A stretch of DNA of 63,508 nt, the filler included, from Squatina squatina (Eukaryota), in the NCBI GenBank assembly GCA_031763465.1. It is 4 parts of 4 records of this genome, joined end to end, with 100 filler letters (N's around TTAATTAATTAA, not from the genome) between each part and the next. Parts side by side here need not be neighbours in the genome. Positions count along the whole stretch, not along the records: positions 49,785 to 63,508 come from JARFOE010000189.1; 3 more parts are not named here. The stretch is one strand, 5' to 3'. Every line of letters starts with the position of its first letter. The first letter of the stretch is position 1. The notes under the pieces were generated by a model. That model was not told where the DNA came from, searched no databases, and saw only the letters and a program-made list of their open reading frames with translations. The translations under genes were made by a program, and so were the position numbers. Shown here one piece after another: positions 51,169-63,508 of this stretch.

Positions 51169-52803
51169 TAAGTACCTCAAAATAACAGATCAGGAAGTGA
51201 GTTTTTCCCTCTTGCAGCAGCTAAACTTAAAAGGGTGTGTGTATGTATGAATCAGACCAGCTTCTGCAACTTGGGAGAATAGTACATTTTTGCAAGACGG
51301 CATGTGCTACAGCAGTGCATAAACATGCTTTTGAGGAAACTAGCAGATGTACTGATGCTTGTCAGTCATATCTTGGCGTACAAAAACTATAATTTTACAA
51401 CAGAGAATCTCTTTTCCTTGCCACTTTGTTTGGAAAATGTAATTATCATCGTAATNNNNNNNNNNNNNNNNNNNNNNNNNNNNNNNNNNNNNNNNNNNNN
51501 NNNNNNNNNNNNNNNNNNNNNNNNNNNNNNNNNNNNNNNNNNNNNNNNNNNNNNNAATACTCCTTGTGTGAAACACCATGGAGATTGACTTGTTAATTAC
51601 TAATTACAACTGGCCTATTCAGCTCCTTCTTAATTATAAATTTCTATGGCATTTATAGAAATGCTGCAGCTCAAAATGGTGTGCTGTAAAATTAGGTATT
51701 TTATAGCATAATTGTGTTTTGTTATACAAATGTTTAGAATTTTGGTACAAAAAGTAAACATGAAATTTTCCACTGTGGGATATCACGTCAATGTGAATTT
51801 TTTGATTTGTTTTAAAATAAATATCGAGTTATGTGATTGTTTTATGATCATTAAGATGGACAATAGAGCTGAGGTAAGGCGCTGTCTTTGATTATTCAGA
51901 CCTTGTGCTACAGATCATTGGTGACGTTGCAATAATACAATTTTTTTCATTAACTTACATTAATCCTGTGAATTACTGCTCATTTATTGTCACATTAATA
52001 CATTAATGTGTTAAATGTGTTACACAGTTTAATTATTTAATTGAAAATGATTGACTATCCAGTGGGTTCTCAGTCAATGGCATCACGACTCAAACAGTGC
52101 CTGGATGAATAGGTTGTGGTTTTGATGGAAATCCATTGTAATTGGGTTGAGATATAATTAAAGAATGTGATCATGCATCATAGTATTATGAATCTTGNNN
52201 NNNNNNNNNNNNNNNNNNNNNNNNNNNNNNNNNNNNNNNNNNNNNNNNNNNNNNNNNNNNNNNNNNNNNNNNNNNNNNNNNNNNNNNNNNNNNNNNNCAA
52301 TCCTGTTTATTTACAATGCCTACCAGTAATTATACTTAACATGTCATTAACTGAGAAGGGGGCCCTGCCAAGGAGACTGCCAGAAACTGTGAAGATTTCA
52401 GGGGGAGTTGCTGGAAGTCAGCACCATCAGAGGCTTTTAGTCTCTGATGGGATGCTGTGGTAGTGATTATAATGCAAGTATCAAGCTCATCAATTCATAA
52501 TTAGATGCCACTCAAATGTGCCACTTGTAATAACAGTGTTGATTCATGTTTTCTCTGTGACAGCATCTGTTAATTAGTTAAGTGGATTTGGTTGGCCTGT
52601 GTTTGCTGCAGTTTATGATTACCTCTGAAAATGTCAAGGTTACAAATGTTTTCTAGTCACCTTTTGCTGTGGAAACTTTTCTTTCTATATTCTTTGAATT
52701 GGGTGATGTAAAGATTTTTAAAAAAAATTTAATTGTTCAACTTGCTGTAATTTGGATGTTTTCATTAAGTGAAATGATCACAGGCAAATGTTCTTTATTG
52801 CAG

Positions 52804-52898
52804 TTTCAGAAATGGTGATTGAGGAAGTCAGTACAATACAAAGCCACCTTGACATTGAGAAAAGTTGCCGTGAAAGTGCAGAAGTATTTGCTTCAAAG
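52804..52898 (+). CDS. SHTN1: Shootin-1 coiled-coil exon; not in ORF track
   Basis: SEMVIEEVSTIQSHLDIEKSCRESAEVFASK resembles human SHMVIEEVNFMQNHLEIEKTCRESAEALATK; ttgcag/gtacat splice sites; convergent with ENO4 as in human. Confidence 0.85.
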
Positions 52899-55800
52899 GT
52901 ACATTATATATCATGCAGTATCATGCACTAAACTCCTTTTCCAGGATCTCAAAACCGTGGAACTCCTTATCGCTCTTGGACTTTCCCAAGATCTTCAGAT
53001 TTCTAAGAACCAAGCCAGGTGTTACTTGACCACAACTCACTGGCTCTTTCAGTTTACCCTCATCATCTTTTGTGGTGCCTTGCACTTTGGGTCTTGGGCC
53101 TTCACCTAAGTTGCTCAATGTAAAAAATGCTGATATGTTTTGCAGTATCTGTAAAACACCAGTTCTCCTTTTCTAACAGAAGCACTTAAATGTAATGAAA
53201 TCCTATACTGAGTGTTAACTAATTATGTTGATATAGTAGGAGCTTTTTTAAGTTGATTTAATCATTCAGTTCCAAGAATTAGCTTGGAAAATGTGATGTT
53301 CCCTTTAATTAACCCCAATTTGATATTAATGCGAATTCCAAATTTCCTAAAATAAAGTTCTTAATTTTTAAGTGCACTTGGATTGTATTCAATAACTTAC
53401 ATTAGATAATGNNNNNNNNNNNNNNNNNNNNNNNNNNNNNNNNNNNNNNNNNNNNNNNNNNNNNNNNNNNNNNNNNNNNNNNNNNNNNNNNNNNNNNNNN
53501 NNNNNNNNNNNAACGTTGAATAAAACTGTTATTGAAGTTTGAGGACCTGTACCTTCATTTAATATTTTTTGGGTGAGGGAAATCTATAGAAAACAAATGC
53601 AGATTCGCAGTAATCAAATAGTAACTATAGTTTTACTGAAATTGGTGTATATAAATTGGTAGATCAAGAAAACAGATCTAAAGTGTAACTAAATGACTGC
53701 ACTGAAATGAAATTGCCTACCATTTAAACAAAGTGGCTGTTTTATGCATAGTTTTGATACCTATTCTAAGGTTTTCCATTCATGGAATCTACATGGGCCA
53801 AAGTTATGCAAACTTTGAATAGACTTGCCTCAAAGTATTGTGATTTTTTTTTGCACCACAATGTGCCACCAACTATTTTACTCGTGGCTGCTGTTTGATT
53901 CCAAGATTGAAAATAGTCTCCACAGCAAGCACTTGCCAGTTTTATAACAATTTTCATGGCAAAGACTGAGCTGGTTGAATTTGTGATGTGATCATGGAAT
54001 CTGGGTTCTTATTGGATGCAAAGACAGCTCTTAAAGCTGTTCTACAACCATTGAAAATTATTTTTTTAAATGTCTCCAAAATTGATGATCAGATTAGGGA
54101 GGCAGAAGATGAAATGATTTTANNNNNNNNNNNNNNNNNNNNNNNNNNNNNNNNNNNNNNNNNNNNNNNNNNNNNNNNNNNNNNNNNNNNNNNNNNNNNN
54201 NNNNNNNNNNNNNNNNNNNNNNCAAGTACACTGCTGTTTCAATAAGTATGTACTTGTGTTTTCAAAACATCCAAATTTTATCCTTGAAGCTCCCCAGTAT
54301 CTTGGTATAAAATCTGGACTGTGCTACCATCTTTCATTCTTTGAGCCAATAAATGTTTTTTGTACAGAATTTTCAGGCTATAAATGCGTGATGATGGTAA
54401 TAAACTTTCTAGCAGATTTTTTTTTTGACTCCCACTAGTGTCCATTTGATCCTGTCACCCTTGTGGTTTTCCTGATTTTTCAGCCAGTTTTCCGTAAGCA
54501 ATGTTTCTTGCACAATATCCCATTTCTGAGTATAGAGAGAGAAAATGTGCCTTTTCTGCTTCACTTTTCCTGCTACAAAATCTGTATATAGAAAACTGAG
54601 AAATGGGAATCCAACACAAGCCTGATCCCAAACCACTTTTTCCCTTGGAAATCTTATGGGTACACAAGCCATAACCAGATGCAACGATTTTCAATTTAAA
54701 AAATAAATTACAGTAAATTCAGTCTGAAAAGAAACTGAATTTTTTAAAATCCAATTAGCATTGGAATATCCACTTAATAAAATATATAATACATGCCAAA
54801 ACCTATGGGGTGCAAGTTTTGCTGACTTAACATGAATCTAAGAAGCTAGGAAAAATGAATGCTGTGACATGTGTTGTGACTTCAAGTGTCATATTAATCC
54901 CAACTTAAAGGTGACCATTTCAGTCGGGTTGTATTCGAAGCATCAATGTTTCTTTCAAAAATAAATTGTTTTTAAGTAAAATGGGAGTACTTGTTCCATC
55001 TGTCACATATGAGGATTTTTTGGACAATTTATCAGCACAAAAAGTACTAAGTAAATGGGATCAGCTTGTTGCTTCGGTGCAGTCATCAGTAATTGAAGCT
55101 TTGATGTCTTGTACTGTTGTGAAATAAATCTAGCTTTTACAGGTGTGTGCCACTCAAAGATTACAGGGGAGTTAAAAGGGGTTAAGTCAGCACAAATAGA
55201 AACGGAAATTACTTTCTGATCCAAGTCTTGTTGTGGTGGTGTTGCATTCTATTGAAGCAATCTCTATTTTTGATGTACACATGATCAGTCCTTGAACTAT
55301 GCGATGAATCATTAAAAGTAAGGCNNNNNNNNNNNNNNNNNNNNNNNNNNNNNNNNNNNNNNNNNNNNNNNNNNNNNNNNNNNNNNNNNNNNNNNNNNNN
55401 NNNNNNNNNNNNNNNNNNNNNNNNNNNNNNNNNNNNNNNNNNNNNNNNNNNNNNNNNNNNNNNNNNNNNNNNNNNNNNNNNNNNNNNNAGTTCATTTGCA
55501 AGCAGCAATACTGTTGTACAGTGGGCAAATTTAATTTGCGTAAGTGAGAGCTTCTTGGCGCTACCTTTTGTCAATGTGCACAGGTTTTTTTTGCCTACTC
55601 TTTAAAGATTAGGTTTTATTAACTATCCCAAAGCGTCTAAGGTACCAATGTTTTGATCCTATATATAATTTATTCTGCCAAATGAAGTGCAAATTACCTT
55701 AACGGGAAAGGAAATGAAATAACCTGTGCAAATACAGGCACAATGCATGTTAAATTAAAACTGAAAAGCACTTTGTATTTTAGTGTTCTGCACAGTCATG

Positions 55801-56514
55801 GTTATTATGTGGAATAAAAGAGTTATGCGCACTTTCTCCTTTCGTCCACTGCCTGCTTATTAACCGATGAAAAATGATACTTCAGGATAAACCCTTTGCT
55901 GTTAAGTAAGCCCTTCTTCTGTTTTCCATTAACTGTTGCACTGCTGGTATTTTATTAAAAAAGTATAATTTTGACCCAAATATTCTCATTATCTGTATAT
56001 TCTTTAATGGCATGGGTCAAATAGATTGAAACATTAGAAATCAAAATGTTGCTATATAGAATGGGNNNNNNNNNNNNNNNNNNNNNNNNNNNNNNNNNNN
56101 NNNNNNNNNNNNNNNNNNNNNNNNNNNNNNNNNNNNNNNNNNNNNNNNNNNNNNNNNNNNNNNNNTACATTAACCTCTAAAGTATGAGCAGTGCCAGTTC
56201 CTGAGCTGGTGTCTGGGAGTGATAGATGCAGTGATACTGTGTCTTCTCCTCCCCCTTGCACTTGTGCATTGCCTCGGGGACAGACTGGTCTGGTGCTTGT
56301 TGTTGATTATCTGAAAGCAGAAGGGCACAAGAGTCGGGTTATGGTGAGGGGATGGGGAAGCAAGATATGTATGCATACATCATCAACATCTTTAAAGTGA
56401 GAAGACATTGTGGGATGAGGGGGAAGTGGGATGTGAAAAGAAAAATTAGGAGTGAGCGTACCGCTGTTGTCCTCAAGGGATTAAACCTCGTCGGTTGCTA
56501 CAGCCTCTATGCTC

Positions 56515-56650
56515 TGCAACCCAATGATGTCCAGCACTCTCTTCACCAGCTGCCTGAGGTCGTGGATGTCAGCCTGCACCCCCTAACCCCTCCCCACCTG
56601 TCTGCTGCTCCCTCCGGTTATGCTGACCTTGGCCTGCAAGGGAAAGAAAA
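56515..56650 (-). mobile_element. Harbinger Myb/SANT-like second-protein remnant
   Basis: After a cttgcag acceptor, frameshifted AKV-HNRREQQTGG..QADIHDL..KRVLDIIG, typical of Harbinger Myb-like proteins. Confidence 0.55.
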
Positions 56651-58532
56651 GTGTGTGAGTGAGTGTGGTGTAATGTGTTTGGGTGGTGTGTCTGCCATAG
56701 TTGAAAAGCTGTCAGTGTGTGCAAGGTGTGAGATCTGAATGTGAAAGTTGCAGCAGTGGTTTATCGGTGAGATCAGCTTATCTAATGACCAGAAAAAATG
56801 ACCCTATCCTGTGGGAGCAGCAAGCATTCACTTCTTGAGGGAAATAGTCATAGCTGTAGTGACCCATTCATGTTCTAGTACTCCTTCCAGCTGTAGTGGA
56901 GAGATGTAAAAGGGACCATTAAAGGAATAGTGCTGCATTAATCACAGGGCAGGAATTATAACCCTTTCTTGTGCCTTATATCCGACTGATTCCTGTTTGT
57001 CAGTATCCCGTTTTTTGAGCTGTATGTTGTAGAGACGCCATTCCAGATTTTATGGAAAGCAGTTATCTCAGCTGGACTCTATTTTGAATGGGAGCACATC
57101 AGCCCTCCAACAGAGCTAGGAAATGTTTCAGTCAAAAAAGACAAAGTTCCCATGCTTCCTGTGGTGTTTCTCGCTCGAAGGTTTTACCAGTATATTTGTT
57201 GCTATTGCAGCACTTGGTAAACATTTGCTTTTTGCCACTTAAGGACTCAATTGACAGACAAGACCACATGGAGATGCCTGATTAATCTGATGATCTTATG
57301 CAATTAAAGGATTTGCTCTCTCCTCTACTGCTGTCCGAGTACTGCAGTGATGTTTTTTTTTGACACTACAGGATGTAGGCATCACTGGGAAAAAAAACTA
57401 GAAACTTATTCAAATTATTATTTTGGAAAATTAACTTTATTAGAAATTGCAAAATGCTAGCAGACCTTCCAGGGCACTGTTCTTGGTGAATCAAAGGATA
57501 TGTTAAAGTGTGACATCTAAGATGTGATGGTTAAAATGTGACAGGAAGCAAGTTTGAAGCTTACAGGAAAATTGTGTTCCCTGCAAGTTTTTTAATACAG
57601 ATTGGTGTTTATTTGGCAATTAATTACCTTCTTTGAGTGATATGCAGTTGTANNNNNNNNNNNNNNNNNNNNNNNNNNNNNNNNNNNNNNNNNNNNNNNN
57701 NNNNNNNNNNNNNNNNNNNNNNNNNNNNNNNNNNNNNNNNNNNNNNNNNNNNTAAGTCGCATAAGTGATGATTATATTTTCATTTCTTGTAGATGAATTA
57801 TAGTTTAGGTCTATCATTTTCAATCAGAAATGGTAGCTCAAAGCATTTATTAAGGCTTATTTTGGCAATCCATCAACACCTGGATTGCTGCCATGCACTA
57901 ATGCAAGCTCCTGCTGTGAGAATATAGTTGGTATTTGATTCTCCAAATGTATTGCATTTTCTCAGAGCGATGGCTAAGTGCCATATTTACCCACAATTTG
58001 TACTATAATGCAAGCAAAACAAAAATGCTTTGTACTCAAAGCAGGGATGGTCTGTGGGCAATTGAGTAAATCATACAAAAACTCTATCTCCAGATCAAAT
58101 ATATGTTAGAAGTAATGCATGCATTGTCACTTATAGTGGAATGGAATATTGCTTTATCTGGGATTTTTTTAGCTTAACTTGAATTGAAATTGCAAGAAGT
58201 GTCAATAAATTAGCCATGATTTGACTGCATCTGGAACCATTCTTCAGCATGCAGCTTAAATGGTGCATATTACTTCTTCTGCTGTTTGAGCTCTTATTCA
58301 AAATAAATGGCCAATAATCTGCAGTTTTCATATTGACAGTTTATGGTAAATATTCTACATCAGAAATTATTCAGCTAACTGATCAAAAAAACTGACAACT
58401 ATATGAGAATGTTTTAAAATTAAGATTTAGAATAGCTGTCACTAGGCAAGCACTGGTGGTCCTTGTCCTGATTATCTGGGATATTGGTAATCCTGGACAA
58501 ATCAGATGAACACATATTAGCTTCTGAGACAA

Positions 58533-58804
58533 TGGGCCGGATTTTGCTGTAGAAAGAACGGTGACCGTTCTTAGTGTAAATCGGACGGCAACTTCTGGCA
58601 ATTGCACATGTGCAGTTAAATGCAGAAATCATGAAGTTTCTGTCTGAGTTTCCCTGCTCCTTCACAAGCTGTGCGATACCGGTATCTTACTGAGAGACTT
58701 GGCATTCAAATATATGGAAGGGCGTGAAGTTGTACTTGCGTGATAGATACCCACTAAATTCGCCAGGAAAAGTTAGGACTTGTCCATTCCAGTGTAAGTC
58801 CCCT
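58533..58804. mobile_element. MITE-like fragment (terminus GGGCCGGATTTTGC)
   Basis: Terminus similar to other GGGC-start elements in the window; cut by gap. Confidence 0.4.
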
Positions 58805-59487
58805 NNNNNNNNNNNNNNNNNNNNNNNNNNNNNNNNNNNNNNNNNNNNNNNNNNNNNNNNNNNNNNNNNNNNNNNNNNNNNNNNNNNNNNNNNNNNNNNN
58901 NNNNTGTGTTTTTTTTCTAAGTGTTGAATTGCATGACTTAACCAAAAAATTCTAAGAGCTGAACTTTGCGCCCCCTATTCATCCCTTAGCACCAGAAACT
59001 CAGGGCAGTCTAATTGGGCGCCCTTAATGTTTGGCTTTAATGTCTGATCAAGATCGATTCCAGAGTTACATTGCCATTTTAGCATTAATGGTCAGCTAAA
59101 TCTAATTTGCATCAACATGAAAATGTCAGTGCAACTGCACCCAGAAACTTCTCCAATGTAGCAAAGACAAAAGTTTCAATTTTAAACAACTTTATTCTAT
59201 TTACGAAAGTTCAGCATGGAAAATCCTGCTAATTTATCAATGTTGTCTTCTGATAATGAGAAGCGTTACCAAAAGAAGGTATAGTTTAACAAAAATGCTA
59301 ACTGCAACATCAGCAAAATTAGTTTATATAATTTTGTCAACAATCCGCTTCCTTTGCATACAGTTGTATTACCTTGGAATGCTTTTTTGTGGAAAAGGGT
59401 CAAAGATGCTTCTTTGTCATTTTCAAATAAAATAATGTTTTGAAATAATGAGCCTTCTGTTTGAACTCTAAATAGAGCACCTAAAGT

Positions 59488-59576
59488 CTAATTTAATTGC
59501 TCAGATTCTGGCTGTACTGGGTTAAGATCTTGCTGCTCTTCACTGATGACAGGAAATTGATGCTCAAATGCATGAC
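59488..59576 (-). CDS. ENO4: ENO4 terminal coding exon
   Basis: (G)HAFEHQFPVISEEQQDLNPVQPESEQLN*; acceptor ttctgcag; phase 1 matches the upstream exon; weak similarity to human GFKEEHTFFYFNEE. Confidence 0.65.
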
Positions 59577-60248
59577 CTGCAGAACATAATAAGTTAAACC
59601 TAAGTAGGGATTAGGTAAAGTTATGCTTTGAAGATTTATGTTTTGCAATATACAGTCATCTATAGTATTATCTACAAACAACTAGCAAATTAAAGCCTGT
59701 TAAATTTAGGTCAGATTTAAAAAAATGTAAATACATATTGATTATTAAAACCTAGCTCACAAAATGATTTGTTACATATTTGTTCAATTATTTAATATGC
59801 TACAATTCTAATTGACCTTTCCTTTTACAGTATTGAAGTAAATATTGGTTTATACTAAACACTCTCCAATTGAAAAATATAGAGCATTCAACATTTACAG
59901 CTGTTTGAGGATTGCAAACTCAATTACAACAATGCTGGCCTTCAAATGAGGGGACTATTATTGATGTGAAGGTACTAAATTCAGTAGTACAATAATAAAA
60001 TGAGCGTAGATATAGTCTGCTGATTGAAGCCGATTGGTATTTATGTGCGCATCCAGTACCATTAAGTTGTCAGTTACGTGGACCAATGTAGCTTTTGCCA
60101 GATGCTTTCTTTTCTTTTGGACAGAGTGTGATTTGCTGACTCACAGGATTCTCATTCCCTCTAGCTGCGCAATTTCTGTCACTCCTCCCATAATCTTTGT
60201 CTCCTATTCTCTGCAAACTGAAAAGAAATAAAATGAAGCAGCTCATAC

Positions 60249-60366
60249 CCAATGCTCCCCTCTGAGCCAATTCTTCCTCTATAGCCAGCAGACGGTTGTA
60301 TTTTGCCACTCGCTCTCCATGACATAGACCTCCCAGTTTGATGAACCTGGCCCCCAGACCAACAGC
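60249..60366 (-). CDS. ENO4: ENO4 (enolase 4) penultimate exon
   Basis: AVGLGARFIKLGGLCHGERVAKYNRLLAIEEELAQRGAL(G), an ENO4-type version of the enolase C-terminal motif; cttcag acceptor, gtatga donor. Confidence 0.92.
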
Positions 60367-61553
60367 CTGAAGGAATGAAAACAGACAAATGTGTTTAGTT
60401 GGAAGTTTTATGAAACAGAAGCAGACAAAAGCTGGTTAATGATGGGGGGGATTCATTTTAAACTGTAGTCAGTACTGAAGACTTAGTTTGAAACAAGGAT
60501 TATAACATGGGAGAGTCCTTCTTGTANNNNNNNNNNNNNNNNNNNNNNNNNNNNNNNNNNNNNNNNNNNNNNNNNNNNNNNNNNNNNNNNNNNNNNNNNN
60601 NNNNNNNNNNNNNNNNNNNNNNNNNNNNNNNNNNNNNNNNNNNNNNNNNNNNNNNNNNNNNNNNNNNNNNNNNNNNNNNNNNNNNNNNNNNNNNNNNNNN
60701 NNNNNNNNNNNNNNNNNNNNNNNNNNNNNNNNNNNNNNNNNNNNNNNNNNNNNNNNNNNNNNNNNNNNNNNNNNNNNNNNNNNNNNNNNNNNNNNNNNNN
60801 NNNNNNNNNNNNNNNNNNNNNNNNNNNNNNNNNNNNNNNNNNNNNNNNNNNNNNNNNNNNNNNNNNNNNNNNNNNNAATGATTCACCTACCATTGTCCAC
60901 CTTGATTTTACCAGTGACAATGAAAGTTCTATCATGTTTTCGCTAGCAGATAAATAAAACATTGTCATAATTCATTGGGTTGCAACAAGTGAATTCAATA
61001 GATTTAAATTAGGTAAACTGAGGCAGTTGACCTATGTAAATGAGATTTGTTTTCACCAATTTGCAAAGGCACTAAACGGTGCCATATAATTTCTTATCTG
61101 GGCTCAAGCAGAAACTGGAATTTTTCAATCTGTGCACAAAATCTAAATGATCAATAGCTAAAACTGGTCTGTGATCAGTGTATCATTGCAAAGAAAGTCG
61201 AAGTCCCTAAAGTTAGAGCTCCAGAATATCCTGGGAATCAACATCAATGACCTACGTCACTGGTGCCGGACATAAATTGAGTTCAGCAAGAAAAGGCTTA
61301 CTTTGAAAAACTTAGACGTAGCCAAGAGAACTCAAAATAACTTGATAACTGAATTTGACACAGCTATTCTATCTCTTGGATCCTATCTTCTGTCCCACTA
61401 GTCAAAACCAGATGGGGAATTTTCAGACAAGAAGAACATTCTCTACAAATGTTTGAAGGTTAAAGGTGTAGCAGGAAAATGACAAGAACGTAGATAGCTG
61501 TCTGTAAGAATGAAGTGGTTTTATATTCTATGATGGCAGCTCATATAGCTTAC

Positions 61554-61621
61554 AATGTCAGCTATGCTGTCATCGATGGTCTCTACATCTGTCAGGCCCG
61601 GTATAAATCTCCGCTCGCGCT
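61554..61621 (-). CDS. ENO4: ENO4 68-nt exon; not in ORF track
   Basis: RERRFIPGLTDVETIDDSIADI resembles human KKHITVFGSTEGESSDDSLVDL; ttccag acceptor, gtaagc donor, phase 0 into the next exon. Confidence 0.75.
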
Positions 61622-63508
61622 CTGGAATATTAAGAAAAAGATTTTAGTTAAGTGTTAATTTACTATGTTTAATACAATTGTCCCAAAGCAGATTGCCTGG
61701 TTTGTACACTCATCAACTTGACTATCTTAAAAGTAATAGGGTGCCCAATTCGATTGCCCTAAGTTTTGGGTGCTAACGGAGGAAGAGTTGGGTGCTAAGT
61801 TTTGGTCTTAGAGCTTTAGGCTAATGTATGCCTTTTCAACACTTTGAAAACATTTCAAAAACAGCTTAAAAAAACATGTTACTTTCAGCACTAAAGGGCC
61901 CATACTTAGCGCTGATTTTCTTAGTCTCTTTCAGCTGTAGAATATCTCAATTGGCTTAACTGCTTCCACTTATCTATCAGCCCATGTCAGTACTTAAAGG
62001 NNNNNNNNNNNNNNNNNNNNNNNNNNNNNNNNNNNNNNNNNNNNNNNNNNNNNNNNNNNNNNNNNNNNNNNNNNNNNNNNNNNNNNNNNNNNNNNNNNNN
62101 CTTAGCCGTACCCTGCGGGACAGAACGAGCGCTGAAAGATGATATTTCTCTTTCTGTGGCACTTAAAGCAGGCTCACTGTAACTTCTTACTCCAACTTTT
62201 TATTCGCATTGCAACGGACTCATAACTGAGTCTGTGTGTTATGGAATAAAAGCATATCAGCAGAAACTAGGGCTTCAGGTTTTAAACGTTTTAAATTAAA
62301 AAATGCTTGTCCAACATCTCATGTTGTTTTAGATGGTAATATTTTTTTAAATTGTATATTTAAAAGTTTGTATCAATCAACATTCAAGCAGTTATACGGA
62401 GGTGTACTGTAATGGTGGTAAGCCTGAAGACTCCAGTCAGAAAAATATGGAGACTTACGAAAAGCAAAAGTGCTTAGGTAGCACCTCTAATGTTAGTTTC
62501 AGAACATTCGAAACATTCGAATGCAATTTCAGCAGAGATCCAATGGGAAATTATTTCAACAACAATAATGGAAATGATCTGGACATTGTGGAAAACAGCC
62601 ATATTTCATGCTTTTTAAACAGACTGAGCTGATGGCCTTTAATATAAGAGGTCTTGAGGGGAAATGAGTTTTAGGCAGCAGACAGATTTGTAACAGCAGG
62701 GTATCATGAAGAAATTGTAAAGTATATTTATCTAGCCACGAACATAAACAACGCAGCTGATTAAGTCAAGGCTGTGGACTGTCCGCAGACTATATAGTTT
62801 ATATATATTAAACATGAGAGAATATTGGCTGATAAAATAACTCCACACTGCATCAGCGATCTCAATGGATTTTGCTGCAGACTGGTAACACTTGTCACCT
62901 ACTCGTGCATATTCTGATGAAGGGTCAACACCCAAAATGTTAACCTCTCATTTCTCTTTACAAATGCTGATAGATCCACTGTGCAATTCCTACATTTTCC
63001 ATTTTTAATTATAATAAATTACACAGGTAGTTGACCTACTTTATAAAATTGTAAAATTATTGCAATTGTTTAATTTTTTACACCACATTTTATTCATTTG
63101 TAAGTTTTTTAAATCTGTGAGATCCACTTTTTGCAGATATGTACCTGAATGTGTTGGATCCTACTTTTTTACCTGTTTAGTTTTCTGCTGATTAATAAAG
63201 TTATTAAAAACTGAAGAAGAAAGCAGCATGATAGTGGCAAATAAAGATGAATAAATTGTAGAAAGAACATAATGGGATGCAAGGTGATAAATAACATTTG
63301 AAGATATTGTTATGCTGATCCACCATGGGAGGAGGGGGAGCTGCGATCGGAGGTTTATGATCAATAGTTTAATAGTTTCCAGCAAAGGAGTAAAGACAGA
63401 TTACAATTACAGTGAGATTCTCTTATTTGAAATTAATATCTACTTTGTTCTCCCCACCACCACCAGGAAGGTGCTGAATAATCCAGTTGTGCCCCTTTGA
63501 TTCTATGA

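Noticed and set aside
60070-60248. Read-through ORF or extra exon extending the ENO4 C-terminus
   Set aside because: A good donor at 60248 and a phase-compatible last exon at 59488-59576 explain the gene; the nearby AG would make an implausibly short (~38-nt) intron
62732-62935. ORF with ARVGDKCY vaguely like an upstream ENO4 exon
   Set aside because: Overlaps a repeat tail, lacks proper splice sites, and similarity does not extend

Overview
Eukaryotic, gap-rich vertebrate DNA; the repeat content (DeuSINE/SacSINE1-like SINEs, CR1 and L2 LINEs, Harbinger-type MITEs) suggests a cartilaginous fish. It is not one locus: three identical artificial 100-nt linkers (44N-TTAATTAATTAA-44N at 15179-15278, 29361-29460, 49685-49784) join four separate pieces. 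Piece 1 (1-15178) holds VPS25 exons (+). Piece 2 (15279-29360) holds the 3' exons of SHC3 (-). Piece 3 (29461-49684) holds the PDE4B 3' end followed by SGIP1 (+) and a 1.6-kb 17-bp minisatellite. Piece 4 (49785-63508) holds one V-ATPase B-subunit (ATP6V1B) exon and one SHTN1 exon (+), converging on the last three ENO4 exons (-). Genes were recognised by translating exons by hand and comparing with remembered human proteins; no database search was run. I see no prokaryote-style novel system. The best leads are a possible extra ATP6V1B ohnolog at the SHTN1/ENO4 locus, a split or truncated PDE4B terminal exon, two minor-spliceosome (U12) introns, and a minisatellite apparently grown from a pogo/Tigger-like transposon end. 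Most long ORFs in the supplied track are N-gap artefacts.
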